A stretch of 62,175 nucleotides of DNA. Origin: Patescibacteria group bacterium (lineage in GTDB: Bacteria > Patescibacteriota > Microgenomatia > UBA10105 > UBA927). The first letter of the stretch is position 1; the number at the start of each line of letters is the position of its first letter. The DNA is taken from the NCBI GenBank assembly GCA_018821245.1, contig JAHJMO010000012.1, forward strand, positions 1 to 62,175, in the 5' to 3' direction. The notes beneath the pieces are model-generated. The model searched no databases, was not told the origin of the DNA, and saw only the letters and a program-made list of their open reading frames with translations. Shown one piece after another: positions 46,598 through 55,216 of this stretch. Made by a program: the position numbers and the translations under genes.

Positions 46598-48880
46598 CTA
46601 TAGGTCAACATTTCCCAACATTTTCATCCAGACGCTTGCCGCCTCCCGCGCTTTGCCCAACTTTTCCCAAACAATCAGCTCATCCCAATAGCAGGTTCCG
46701 ACAGTGTGCAAAGCAAAAAGTTCATCGGGAGCCACTTTCATCGCCAGAAACACCTGTGTTTTTTCCCCCTCTTTTTTGGTGATAAACTTCGGCTGGCACC
46801 GTTCTTTAATGCCGCCAACCAACCCGTCTAATTCCGGAAATATCTTCATGGGATTTCTTTGCAATACCAACTGCATGGCCTCCAAATATTTTTGGATATC
46901 GGAATCAGAAGCGAAATCCGCGTCTGCTGCCAAGGTGCTGGGCAGTTCAATCACAAGCCCTATTCCGTCGCCCGCCGGGTCGTAAAACAAAACAATCGGA
47001 AATTGCCGTTCAATACCGTTAAACGCTACCCCCGCCTGTACTTTCTCAAATACTCCAGCTCCGCCCGCGTCGATCCGTATCCCGCCCTGGGGAATATCAA
47101 AACGGAAATCCGGAGCCCATAGATTCTCCCCGAACGTTTGCGCCAGCCACGGCTGGGTAACCGGAGAGGTCGCACGCATCCGGCGCGCGTCTTCTTCCAG
47201 CTCCCGACCGAAGTAATGATAAAACTGTTCCAAACACCCGGCCATCTTTTTGGCAATTTTATTTACAGCGCGTACTTTATCACCTGATATCCAATCGTTA
47301 ACGATAATTTCGTCGGTAACGATTTCCCCGCTTTCGCTATCCACCTCTACCGCCGTAAAAAATATTCCCTGCTGCCCGCCACGCATGTCTACTCCGCGGT
47401 CTTGCGGGACGATCCGAAGCATGCGATTTCCCCGTCGGGCGATGATATCGCTTCGCTGGTGGCCCTGCCGACTGCAAAAAGCATCCCAAAGTTTGGCAAT
47501 AGTTTCTGTGTCCAGCTTACCAAGCTCCGGCAGTTCAATCATGGGGCCAAAATGAGCGCCGGCTCGTACTTTCCACAATCCATCTTTTGCAGCGGGATCG
47601 TCTTCGGCAGCCAAAGTCATGCTCATCCAGCGAGAGGTGTCTTCTCCTATTGATAATGTAAGCAAATCCATGCCATCATCCAGCTTGTCTGCGGTAGATA
47701 GTTCTCCAAAAGATCCGGACAGCAAAATCCGGTATGTTTGAAAATTATTAAGCAACCCGATGCGCATCGCCATCTGCAGACGCGTAAAGTTCTCCGTGAG
47801 CATTTCCCGCGAGGATGAGAGAAAATCCACGGCCTTGTCAAAATAATCATACACTCTGACCCCGCCGGGCAGAGGCTCGCCATTCTCATCTGTTTCCGCT
47901 ATCCGCAGGCGCATGTCACCTCCGCCGTTATCCGCCCCCCGGCCGGCAAACACGATTGCCAGTTTCCGGCCGCGTTTGGCGCGGACCTGATCTACCCGGA
48001 ACTGCCCTGATAATTCCAACTGTCTGTTAACCTCCTGCCACCAGTTGTTCAATTCGTCTATGGGAAGATATGCCAAATCACTCCGCGAAAAGGCTTGAGG
48101 CAATAGTATCTGGGCATCGCAAACGAGAGATCCCTGCCGCTCTTCCAAATTCAGTGTCATCTTCCGAACACCGCCTGCCTCAACTGCTTCTTCCCAAACG
48201 AGAATGTCGCCAAAATCATCCGTCTCTTTTTGTACGTTTTGATTTTCAAGCATTGCCAAAAGCGCGTATGTTTCCGGCGCTCTCACCGAACCGACCTGGA
48301 CTAAATCAGCTAATCGCTCTGCCGCCTGCACGATTTGCTCCCGTAAAACCGGGTAGAAACTCTCCGGCTGTCTAAAGTACAGTGCCGGGCAAAAAGACGC
48401 ACTGCTTTCTCTCACCGCCAAAAAATATTTCTCGGGGGAAGGAGGTGTCGCTGTCTTGCCGCGGGCTAAAGCAAGATCCAGGATTTTGGCTGCACCCGTC
48501 TCCAATCTGTCGGCCCGTCTATACCCAAGTTCACGCTCCAGCGTTTGATTAAACGTATGCCACAGCGCGTTTAGCTTGGCAACCGGTAATTCCAGCAGAG
48601 AGCTCTCCGCCATGATCTGGCTCGCGTCCAACCGCATACCTGCCCGCTCTGCCCCTGTTACTTCTTCCATACTGATTGTCGTTCGCAAAGTACGGCCAAT
48701 CTGCCGGTCGCCAACCGTCATACTGATTGTTTCCTGCAGGATGTCCCTGTCTCCTTTTGCCCAACATCCGACTGCTTCTCCGCCACTCAATAAGCCGTTT
48801 AGGATTGCCCTCGTGAGTTCGTATTGCGGCTGAACCGAAGCGTCTTGTTCCCGTTTTTCTATTTCCCTTGTAATTGTCAT
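46598..48880 (-). CDS. Large hypothetical protein (760 aa) built from 3 internal repeats of ~190 aa
   Basis: Recurrent block LELPVAKLNALWHTF...GYRRADRLETGAAKILDLAL / YLPIDELNNWWQEV...GQFRVDQVRAKRGRKLAIVF / ELPELGKLDTETIAKLWDAF...GHQRSDIIARRGNRMLRIV. Confidence 0.65.
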   Translation of the reverse strand: MTITREIEKREQDASVQPQYELTRAILNGLLSGGEAVGCWAKGDRDILQETISMTVGDRQIGRTLRTTISMEEVTGAERAGMRLDASQIMAESSLLELPVAKLNALWHTFNQTLERELGYRRADRLETGAAKILDLALARGKTATPPSPEKYFLAVRESSASFCPALYFRQPESFYPVLREQIVQAAERLADLVQVGSVRAPETYALLAMLENQNVQKETDDFGDILVWEEAVEAGGVRKMTLNLEERQGSLVCDAQILLPQAFSRSDLAYLPIDELNNWWQEVNRQLELSGQFRVDQVRAKRGRKLAIVFAGRGADNGGGDMRLRIAETDENGEPLPGGVRVYDYFDKAVDFLSSSREMLTENFTRLQMAMRIGLLNNFQTYRILLSGSFGELSTADKLDDGMDLLTLSIGEDTSRWMSMTLAAEDDPAAKDGLWKVRAGAHFGPMIELPELGKLDTETIAKLWDAFCSRQGHQRSDIIARRGNRMLRIVPQDRGVDMRGGQQGIFFTAVEVDSESGEIVTDEIIVNDWISGDKVRAVNKIAKKMAGCLEQFYHYFGRELEEDARRMRATSPVTQPWLAQTFGENLWAPDFRFDIPQGGIRIDAGGAGVFEKVQAGVAFNGIERQFPIVLFYDPAGDGIGLVIELPSTLAADADFASDSDIQKYLEAMQLVLQRNPMKIFPELDGLVGGIKERCQPKFITKKEGEKTQVFLAMKVAPDELFALHTVGTCYWDELIVWEKLGKAREAASVWMKMLGNVDL

Positions 48881-48888
48881 GACTTATA

Positions 48889-48917
48889 ATATTACTCAAA
48901 ATCTACTATTTTATCAA
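48889..48917 (-). promoter_or_regulatory. Promoter TTGATA-17-TAATAT (leaderless geometry) for the 760-aa gene
   Basis: The minus strand has TTGATA (48917-48912), a 17-nt spacer and TAATAT (48894-48889), with the ATG 8 nt downstream. Confidence 0.55.
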
Positions 48918-49093
48918 GTTATATCGGTTATATCAGGAATATTTCTTTACAATAAATTTGCCTTATATGATATAATATGGGATATTTTTCAAGCCTTGGA
49001 CATTTCGCGTCTCAAGCGTTTGAAATATATGCTCTTTAATAAAACGGTTAGGAAAAATATGGGGTGGTTCTATGTCCTCCTTTTAAAACCTTT

Positions 49094-49143
49094 GTCACTC
49101 CGACACGGAAATAAATGGCCATTTGTTTCCGGCTTGGAGTGAC
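49094..49143 (+). promoter_or_regulatory. Long nested hairpin in the 5' leader of the 49191 gene
   Basis: Outer arms gtcactcc / ggagtgac enclose ggaa.aaatggccattt.ttcc. Confidence 0.5.
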
Positions 49144-49190
49144 AAAATCAACAAAAATAATCAAAATCCAAAAAATTCAAGGAGGACCTT

Positions 49191-49877
49191 ATGTCCACAC
49201 TACATTTCCCCCCAAACCGAAAGACCGGCAATTTGCTGACCCGGGTTCCCATTAGCCGGGGGCTTGCCTGGGGAATAATCATCCTCTGCGCGCTGGTGGC
49301 CTTTGAGATTTTCAATTTCAGCACAACACAGTTTGCCCTGCTGGACGTGTTTGGCAATTTGTCCTTTGCCGGAATGCGTTGGGCGACAATCCTTGCGATT
49401 GCGTTCTGCGGGATTGATTTTGCCGGTATTGCCCGCCTGTTCACCCCCCAACAGGGTCGGGACGAACCGGCCGAGGTCTGGTACCTTTTCGGAGCCTGGC
49501 TATTGGCCGCTGGGATGAACGCCTGCCTGACTTGGTGGGGCGTATCGGTGGCCATGGCGCAGCGGGAGACCGCTTCGCAGATGTTATCTGCAAGCGTAAT
49601 CTCGCCAGCAACCTTGAAGTTTGTGCCTGTTTTCGTGGCGATCATGGTCTGGCTGATCCGCGTCCTGATCATCGGCACCTTCTCGATTGCCGGTGAGAGC
49701 CTGTTTAGTTCGGCAGGTGATCGCGTCCGCTCGCAGGTTCGCCCGGCTCCCCAGCCCGTCGCTTCGTCGCTGCGCCCGCGGCCAGCCGTCAATCCGATCA
49801 CATCGGCCTACCGGCCAGCACAGAATGTCGCCCGGCCCACGGATGATAACGCCCCTTTCGGGGACCACCCTTCCTAA
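49191..49877 (+). CDS. Hypothetical 4-TM membrane protein with a Pro-rich tail
   Basis: AAGGAGG lies 6 nt before the ATG. Four hydrophobic helices. GC-rich. Confidence 0.65.
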   Translation: MSTLHFPPNRKTGNLLTRVPISRGLAWGIIILCALVAFEIFNFSTTQFALLDVFGNLSFAGMRWATILAIAFCGIDFAGIARLFTPQQGRDEPAEVWYLFGAWLLAAGMNACLTWWGVSVAMAQRETASQMLSASVISPATLKFVPVFVAIMVWLIRVLIIGTFSIAGESLFSSAGDRVRSQVRPAPQPVASSLRPRPAVNPITSAYRPAQNVARPTDDNAPFGDHPS

Positions 49878-49883
49878 CCGTCC

Positions 49884-49952
49884 GGTGAGGCATGCATGGT
49901 TGTCTGCCTGGCAGACGACGTCACTCCCCATGCATGCCTCACCCCAGTTTTT
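49884..49952 (+). terminator. Strong rho-independent terminator
   Basis: 16-bp arms ggtgaggcatgcatgg / ccatgcatgcctcacc with an inner hairpin gtctgcc-tg-ggcagac, then ccagttttt. Confidence 0.7.
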
Positions 49953-49994
49953 CCCGCTCACACCTATTCTGACTTTTTGGTATACTACGGGCAT

Positions 49995-50327
49995 ATGATC
50001 TCCACTCATCCTCCGGCATCTCTCCAAGGCTCGCTGTGGTCAGTGAAAGTTCAACAGTTGGATATTCAAAAAGACAAATGGTATATCATTCATCAACTCC
50101 TTAACTATGGAACCATAAAGGAACTCCAATGGTTATTCGCGACCTATTCAAAAAAAGAAATTGTTGCCACATTCGTTGAGCAACCTGCAAAAATGTACTT
50201 CAAGCAAACATATGTATTTGTAAAAAATTATCTCTTATCACTTTCTCAAATCGACTTAGATACAGACGCCTATGTCACATCTATTTCTGGACCAGTTCGA
50301 CAGCGCACGGCAAGCAGTATTTCCTAA
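49995..50327 (+). CDS. Putative antitoxin partner of the AbiEii-like gene (110 aa)
   Basis: The ATG at 49995 lies 8 nt after a TGgTATACT extended -10. Overlaps the downstream toxin gene. Confidence 0.5.
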   Translation: MISTHPPASLQGSLWSVKVQQLDIQKDKWYIIHQLLNYGTIKELQWLFATYSKKEIVATFVEQPAKMYFKQTYVFVKNYLLSLSQIDLDTDAYVTSISGPVRQRTASSIS

Positions 50328-50919
50328 ACTTGCTGCGTTTGCCCCAACCTTTACGCTTGCCGGCGGTACGGCAATCATGCTCCAAATTGGTCATCGGCAA
50401 TCATACGATTTTGATTGTTTTTGCTTAGAACCGCTGACAGATACCATACGGAAAAAAATGATGACACTCTTTGGCAAAGATACAACAATACGATTTGACA
50501 CTCCTGATGTCTTTTCCGTAATCACTCCAGAGTTGGTCGAGGTTACACTCGTTTCTTATCCGTATCCGCCTCTTAGACCGACAATCCCAACACGCTCTAT
50601 CTCTCTTTTTCACATGGATGATCTTATTGCAAGCAAAGCGCACACACTTGGTCGCCGGAATGCATGGCGGGATTATGTAGATTTATTTTTCGTCATCAAA
50701 TGGAATCTCTATACGATACAATCGATCATAACGCTAGCCGAACAAAAGTACAGTAATGAGTTTAACGCACGACTATTTTTAGGACAATTGACCTATTTCG
50801 ATGATATCAAAATCATGGAAACAACGTTTCTCAAAGAATCGTATACTCCAAACGAAATCCAAACAGTTCTTAGTGACGCCGTACAAATCTATTTAAAACA
50901 AATCATTCCACGGTCATAA
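50272..50919 (+). CDS. AbiEii/AbiGii-family nucleotidyltransferase toxin (DUF1814-like)
   Basis: FTLAGGTAIMLQIGHRQSYDFDCF and the rest of the family pattern. Confidence 0.75.
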   Translation: MSHLFLDQFDSARQAVFPKLAAFAPTFTLAGGTAIMLQIGHRQSYDFDCFCLEPLTDTIRKKMMTLFGKDTTIRFDTPDVFSVITPELVEVTLVSYPYPPLRPTIPTRSISLFHMDDLIASKAHTLGRRNAWRDYVDLFFVIKWNLYTIQSIITLAEQKYSNEFNARLFLGQLTYFDDIKIMETTFLKESYTPNEIQTVLSDAVQIYLKQIIPRS

Positions 50920-50928
50920 TTATTTTCT

Positions 50929-53220
50929 ATGAACCGCATATCCCATATCGCCGACCGCATCATCCGCACGAGTTTTCTTCTTCTTGTGTTTATTATTCCC
51001 CTTCTTTTTACCCCATGGAACTATGAGCTTTTCGAGTTCAATAAGATGATTGCTGTCTATGCGCTGACAGCGGTGATAGCGGCGGCCTGGCTGGTAAAAA
51101 GCATCGCGCAAGGTGAATTAAAAATCGCCAAAACCCCGCTGGATATACCTCTTGCGCTATTCGTCTGTTCGCAGCTGTTGAGTTCTCTATTCTCAATCGA
51201 CCCGCATGTTTCGTGGTTTGGATATTACTCAAGGTTTAACGGAGGGATGTGGTCGGTCATTACCTACGTTACTTTGTTTTACGCCTTTGTTACGAATTTC
51301 AGTATCTTTTCCAATCAATCATCCCGAACGCATGAATTGGGAATTATGAATCATGAATTAGGAAAAAAGAATAAAAAAAATCTCGCTTCCCCACCATTCA
51401 CTATTCACCATTCACTATTCACCATCCTTAAGGTCATTCTTGCCGCCGCTTCCATTGTGGCCCTCTACGGCGTTGCTGAACGCTTAGGGATAGACAAACA
51501 CCTCTGGGTGCAGGATGTCCAAAACCGCGTGTTTTCGACTCTCGGCCAGCCCAATTGGCTGGCGGCGTACCTCGTCGCATTACTGCCACTATCGTTTGCA
51601 GTAATGCTACCAATGACCAATGATAAATGGCCAATGCTAAATACAAAAAAAATTAAGGGGTTACTATTTATCATTTATCATTTATCATTTAGCATTCTTT
51701 TTTTTCTTGTCCTTCTGTTTACACGCTCCCGCTCTGGACTAGCAGGATTTTTAATCGCCGATCTCGTGTTTTGGGGACTGGTATTCGCCTTAAGACCAGG
51801 CCTTAAGGAATTTCAAGGCCTGGCCTTGATAAAACCGGCCGCAATCCTTCACCTCGTCTTTGCCATTATTGTTTTTGTGAACGGCACGGGGACGCCGTCA
51901 CTTGATAAATACATCACCTTCAGCGGCTGGAAAAATCTTGCACGGTCTGCTGCCACAAGTCGTCAGTCGTCAGAAAAAGCAGAAGCGACACCTTCGGCGG
52001 TAGCGGGGCCGGCACTGGAAGTCGGCGGAACCGAGTCCGGAACGATCAGAAAGTACGTTTGGCAGGGAGCAATCAACGCCTGGAAAGGCTCCCCCAAAGC
52101 CCTCCTCATTGGCACCGGTACGGAAACGTTTGCCTGGGCATTCTTCCAATACCGACCCCGCGAACACAACCTCACAAGTGAATGGGATTTTCTATATAAC
52201 AAAGCGCACAACGAGTACCTCAATTATCTGGCGACAACGGGGATATTAGGGCTCGGAAGCTACCTGCTGTTTATTTGGACATTTATTGTGTGGTTTGCAA
52301 AAAAAGTTCATGGTTCAAAGTCAAATGACTTATCTATGAACTATGAACTAATACCTATTAACTTGGCTTTGTTTGCCGGCTGGGTCTCCATCCTTGTCAC
52401 AAACTTCTTTGGTTTCTCGGTCGTCGTAACGCAGGTATTCCTGTTTCTTTTTCCGGCTATAATCATTGCGTCAATACTTCAAAGCACCAGAGCATCAAAA
52501 GACAATCCGGCATATGTTTTTAAACTCTCGTATCATCATGAAAAGGCAACAAAATTAGCCGTATTCGCCGTCTTCATTGCGCTTGCAGGAATACTACTGC
52601 TTCTCGCCAAATGGTGGTACGCAGACACATTGTATGCCACAGGACACCGCCTGTCGCAGGCAAACATGTACGAAAAAGCTGAAGCCCTGCTGACCGGCGC
52701 CATCGCACAGCATCCTTCTGAACCGTTATACTATGATGAGCTTGGCACCGTACGCGCGTCTCTGGCGGCGCGCGCTTGGGATATGCAAAACGCTACCAAA
52801 GCAGCAACTCTTGCCAAACAAAGCTTAGAAGAAAGCGATACGGCCCTACGCACGTCGCCTCATAACGTAAACTTCTGGAAAACTAGGACAAAAATTTATT
52901 ACACACTCGCTACGCTCGACCCACACCTCGGCGACGCCGCAGTAGAAGCACTTATGCGCGCACGAGAGCTCTCTCCCAATGACCCGAAAATCCTTTATAA
53001 TCTCGCGATCCTCTATGGCAGACTGGAAGACAATGACCGCGCTATCGCCCTGTTGACAGAAGCTGTCGATCTCAAACCCAACTACCGCGATGCCTACTGG
53101 GCGCTGTCCCTTTTCTATAACGAGACTAAACAACCGGATAAGGCTAAAACGATACTTTCAGACTATCTTTCCGTGGTTGATCCTAACGATATAGAATTTA
53201 AAACTAAACTATCTCAATAA
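50929..53220 (+). CDS. O-antigen-ligase-like polytopic membrane protein with C-terminal TPR repeats
   Basis: More than 10 TM segments, a Wzy_C-like loop (AHNEYLNYLATTG) and C-terminal TPR units. Contains word-repeat inserts. Confidence 0.65.
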   Translation: MNRISHIADRIIRTSFLLLVFIIPLLFTPWNYELFEFNKMIAVYALTAVIAAAWLVKSIAQGELKIAKTPLDIPLALFVCSQLLSSLFSIDPHVSWFGYYSRFNGGMWSVITYVTLFYAFVTNFSIFSNQSSRTHELGIMNHELGKKNKKNLASPPFTIHHSLFTILKVILAAASIVALYGVAERLGIDKHLWVQDVQNRVFSTLGQPNWLAAYLVALLPLSFAVMLPMTNDKWPMLNTKKIKGLLFIIYHLSFSILFFLVLLFTRSRSGLAGFLIADLVFWGLVFALRPGLKEFQGLALIKPAAILHLVFAIIVFVNGTGTPSLDKYITFSGWKNLARSAATSRQSSEKAEATPSAVAGPALEVGGTESGTIRKYVWQGAINAWKGSPKALLIGTGTETFAWAFFQYRPREHNLTSEWDFLYNKAHNEYLNYLATTGILGLGSYLLFIWTFIVWFAKKVHGSKSNDLSMNYELIPINLALFAGWVSILVTNFFGFSVVVTQVFLFLFPAIIIASILQSTRASKDNPAYVFKLSYHHEKATKLAVFAVFIALAGILLLLAKWWYADTLYATGHRLSQANMYEKAEALLTGAIAQHPSEPLYYDELGTVRASLAARAWDMQNATKAATLAKQSLEESDTALRTSPHNVNFWKTRTKIYYTLATLDPHLGDAAVEALMRARELSPNDPKILYNLAILYGRLEDNDRAIALLTEAVDLKPNYRDAYWALSLFYNETKQPDKAKTILSDYLSVVDPNDIEFKTKLSQ
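51331..51425. repeat. Word repeats inside the O-antigen-ligase-like gene
   Basis: catgaattgggaattatgaatcatgaatta... and (ccattcactattca)x2, encoding HELGIMNHELG...FTIHHSLFTI. Another tract lies at 51607-51697 (tcatttatcatttatcatttagcatt). Confidence 0.8.
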
Positions 53221-53236
53221 TTGTTATATTGTTAAT

Positions 53237-53797
53237 ATGGACATCGTTTCTGTCCCTAACCAAGCTCTCACGACTCCCGCCCAAGCCGTCAAAAGTTTTG
53301 ATAAACGGCTCGTTAAACTTATTGACTGGATGAAGCGGACGCTCATTGCCGCGAAAAATCCCCGTGGCGTCGGCTTGGCTGCACCGCAAATCGGTGAGCT
53401 GTACCGAATATTTATAACGAGACCCGCTGAAAAGAGCAAAATCCGGATATTTATCAATCCGGAAATAATCAAAAAATCAGACGACGTAACCGATGGCCTG
53501 CCTGCGCAGACAGGTGTTCCCGAGCGCGAAAACTGGCTGGAAGGCTGTCTTTCCATACCCAAAATCTGGGGCCGCGTCAAACGCGCTGCTTCTGTAACCC
53601 TGCGCTACCGGGATGAAACAGGCAAACAGCATGAGGAAGAATTTACCGGTTTTCTGGCGACGATTATCCAGCACGAAACAGATCACGTCAACGGCGTTCT
53701 CTTCACCAAGCGTGTCTTGGAGCGAAAAGGAAAACTGTATCAGCCGGTTGTCACCGACGATGGCAAAGAGATCTTAGAGGAAATACAATTAAAGTGA
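53237..53797 (+). CDS. def: Peptide deformylase
   Basis: GVGLAAPQIG, EGCLSIP and QHETDH. Confidence 0.9.
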   Translation: MDIVSVPNQALTTPAQAVKSFDKRLVKLIDWMKRTLIAAKNPRGVGLAAPQIGELYRIFITRPAEKSKIRIFINPEIIKKSDDVTDGLPAQTGVPERENWLEGCLSIPKIWGRVKRAASVTLRYRDETGKQHEEEFTGFLATIIQHETDHVNGVLFTKRVLERKGKLYQPVVTDDGKEILEEIQLK

Positions 53798-53823
53798 TAG
53801 ATCACCATATTCCTGAGGCTAAA

Positions 53824-53863
53824 ATGTAAAATTTAACATGCGGCCGCATGTCTAAAAGTACAT
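53824..53863. repeat. NotI-centred palindromic element, copy D
   Basis: atgtaaaatttaacatgcggccgcatgtctaaaagtacat, with the 16-bp perfect core acatgcggccgcatgt. Lies between def and fmt. Confidence 0.8.
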
Positions 53864-53869
53864 AATTTT

Positions 53870-54868
53870 ATGAATCTGAAAATTATTTTTTTTGGCTCAA
53901 CAAGCGATTCTGTTTTAATTTTAGAAAAATTGTTTAACTTTCGACTTCCGCCTGCCTTCCGGCGAGGCAGGACTTTCGACTTTCGACTCATTTCCGTCGT
54001 CACCCAGCCCCCTCGACCGGTCGGAAGGAATCGCGTTCTGACGCCTACACCGGTTGAAGACTGGGCACGAAAGCAACGGGTCACAGTTTTGAGCTTTCCA
54101 AGCAGCCCCCAAAAGCCATGGCTTTATGAAAACGAAGAAACAGTCATCGAGACGCTTGCGCCAATCAAGGCTGATCTTTTGATTTCTGCCTGTTACGGAC
54201 AAAAGATTCCTATTGCCGTCATCAACAAAGCCTGCTTTGGCGGCCTTAACGTCCACCCGTCCATCCTCCCGCGCTGGCGAGGTGCTGACCCGGTACCGTG
54301 GGCGATTCTGACAGACGACAGGCAAATCGGCGTCACTATCGTCCGGTTGTCAACAAAATTTGATCAAGGAGTGATATTTGCGCAGGAAAAACTCAATATA
54401 ACGGAAGAAGATACTACTGACCAGCTTCGCTCCAAACTCTTTACCATGGGCGCAGATTTACTGCGAAAAAACTTGCCTGATATTCTCTGCGGCAAACTCA
54501 AAGGATCGCCGCAAAAAACAGAAGGTACTGCGCCATACGCCAGACGCCTGACGCGCGATGACGGATTTGAGCCATGGGGCATCATCCAAAAAACGTACGC
54601 TGATCCAACTGAAGCGGCGCGCATATACCGCAAATTCCGCGCATTCTCCCCTTGGCCGGGAGTGTGGACTGAAATAGAAACAAGGGACAAGAGACAAGGG
54701 ACAGGTAAAACAAAAAAGCGTTTGAAAATTATATCTTGCCACTTACAACCTACAACTAATAACCTACAACTAGACCTCGTCCAGCTTGAGGGCAAAAAAC
54801 CCACATCTTTTCGTCAATTCTCTACCGCTTATCTTCCCAACGACGACATTCCCAACAATACCCCTTGA
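53870..54868 (+). CDS. fmt: Methionyl-tRNA formyltransferase
   Basis: KIIFFGS, VVTQPPRPVGR, NVHPSILPRWRGADPV, and a C-terminal domain ending ...VQLEGKKP. Carries repeat-derived inserts. Confidence 0.9.
   Translation: MNLKIIFFGSTSDSVLILEKLFNFRLPPAFRRGRTFDFRLISVVTQPPRPVGRNRVLTPTPVEDWARKQRVTVLSFPSSPQKPWLYENEETVIETLAPIKADLLISACYGQKIPIAVINKACFGGLNVHPSILPRWRGADPVPWAILTDDRQIGVTIVRLSTKFDQGVIFAQEKLNITEEDTTDQLRSKLFTMGADLLRKNLPDILCGKLKGSPQKTEGTAPYARRLTRDDGFEPWGIIQKTYADPTEAARIYRKFRAFSPWPGVWTEIETRDKRQGTGKTKKRLKIISCHLQPTTNNLQLDLVQLEGKKPTSFRQFSTAYLPNDDIPNNTP
53938..53989. repeat. Word-flanked GC hairpin inside fmt
   Basis: ctttcgac-ttccg-cctgcc-ttccggcga-ggcagg-a-ctttcgac-tttcgac, encoding NFRLPPAFRRGRTFDFRL. 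Confidence 0.85.
54741..54770. repeat. cttacaac-type word tract inside fmt
   Basis: acttacaacctacaactaataacctacaac, encoding HLQPTTNNLQL. Same word family as 41715-41860. Confidence 0.85.
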
Positions 54869-54915
54869 CAGACCTATTTATTTTCGGATACGCTCATGTA
54901 TAAGGAGGAGATAGT

Positions 54916-55203
54916 ATGGCAAAACGAAAAGTCTTACACGCAAAAACAACAAGTAGATACGATTTATCCTCCTGGAACTTTATCATTTTTCTCACGCTTG
55001 CGTTTATCCTTATGGTTGTCGTGCTGACGCAAATGCGCAACACATCTCTGAGCCTTCAAAGCCGGGCAGGCCTTGCATGCCCGCAAATCGATAAGCTCCC
55101 GAGGGCCGAAGACTGCGGCAGCGGATGGGTGTTTAAGCGCGATACAAACGGATGTCCGACGTTCTTTTGTGAACCGACTCCAACGGTAAAAACGAAGAAA
55201 TAA
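54916..55203 (+). CDS. Small membrane-anchored Cys-containing protein (95 aa)
   Basis: GGAGG SD, one TM segment and 4 Cys in the exported part. Confidence 0.45.
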   Translation: MAKRKVLHAKTTSRYDLSSWNFIIFLTLAFILMVVVLTQMRNTSLSLQSRAGLACPQIDKLPRAEDCGSGWVFKRDTNGCPTFFCEPTPTVKTKK

Positions 55204-55216
55204 TTCCAAACTCTAC

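Noticed and set aside
49148-49801. 217-aa minus-strand ORF (and 49584-50027) overlapping the 49191-49877 gene
   Set aside because: The plus-strand frame has a perfect AAGGAGG-6 nt-ATG start, four clear TM helices and a strong terminator. The antisense frames are Arg/Ala/Gly-rich, as expected for GC-rich antisense DNA.
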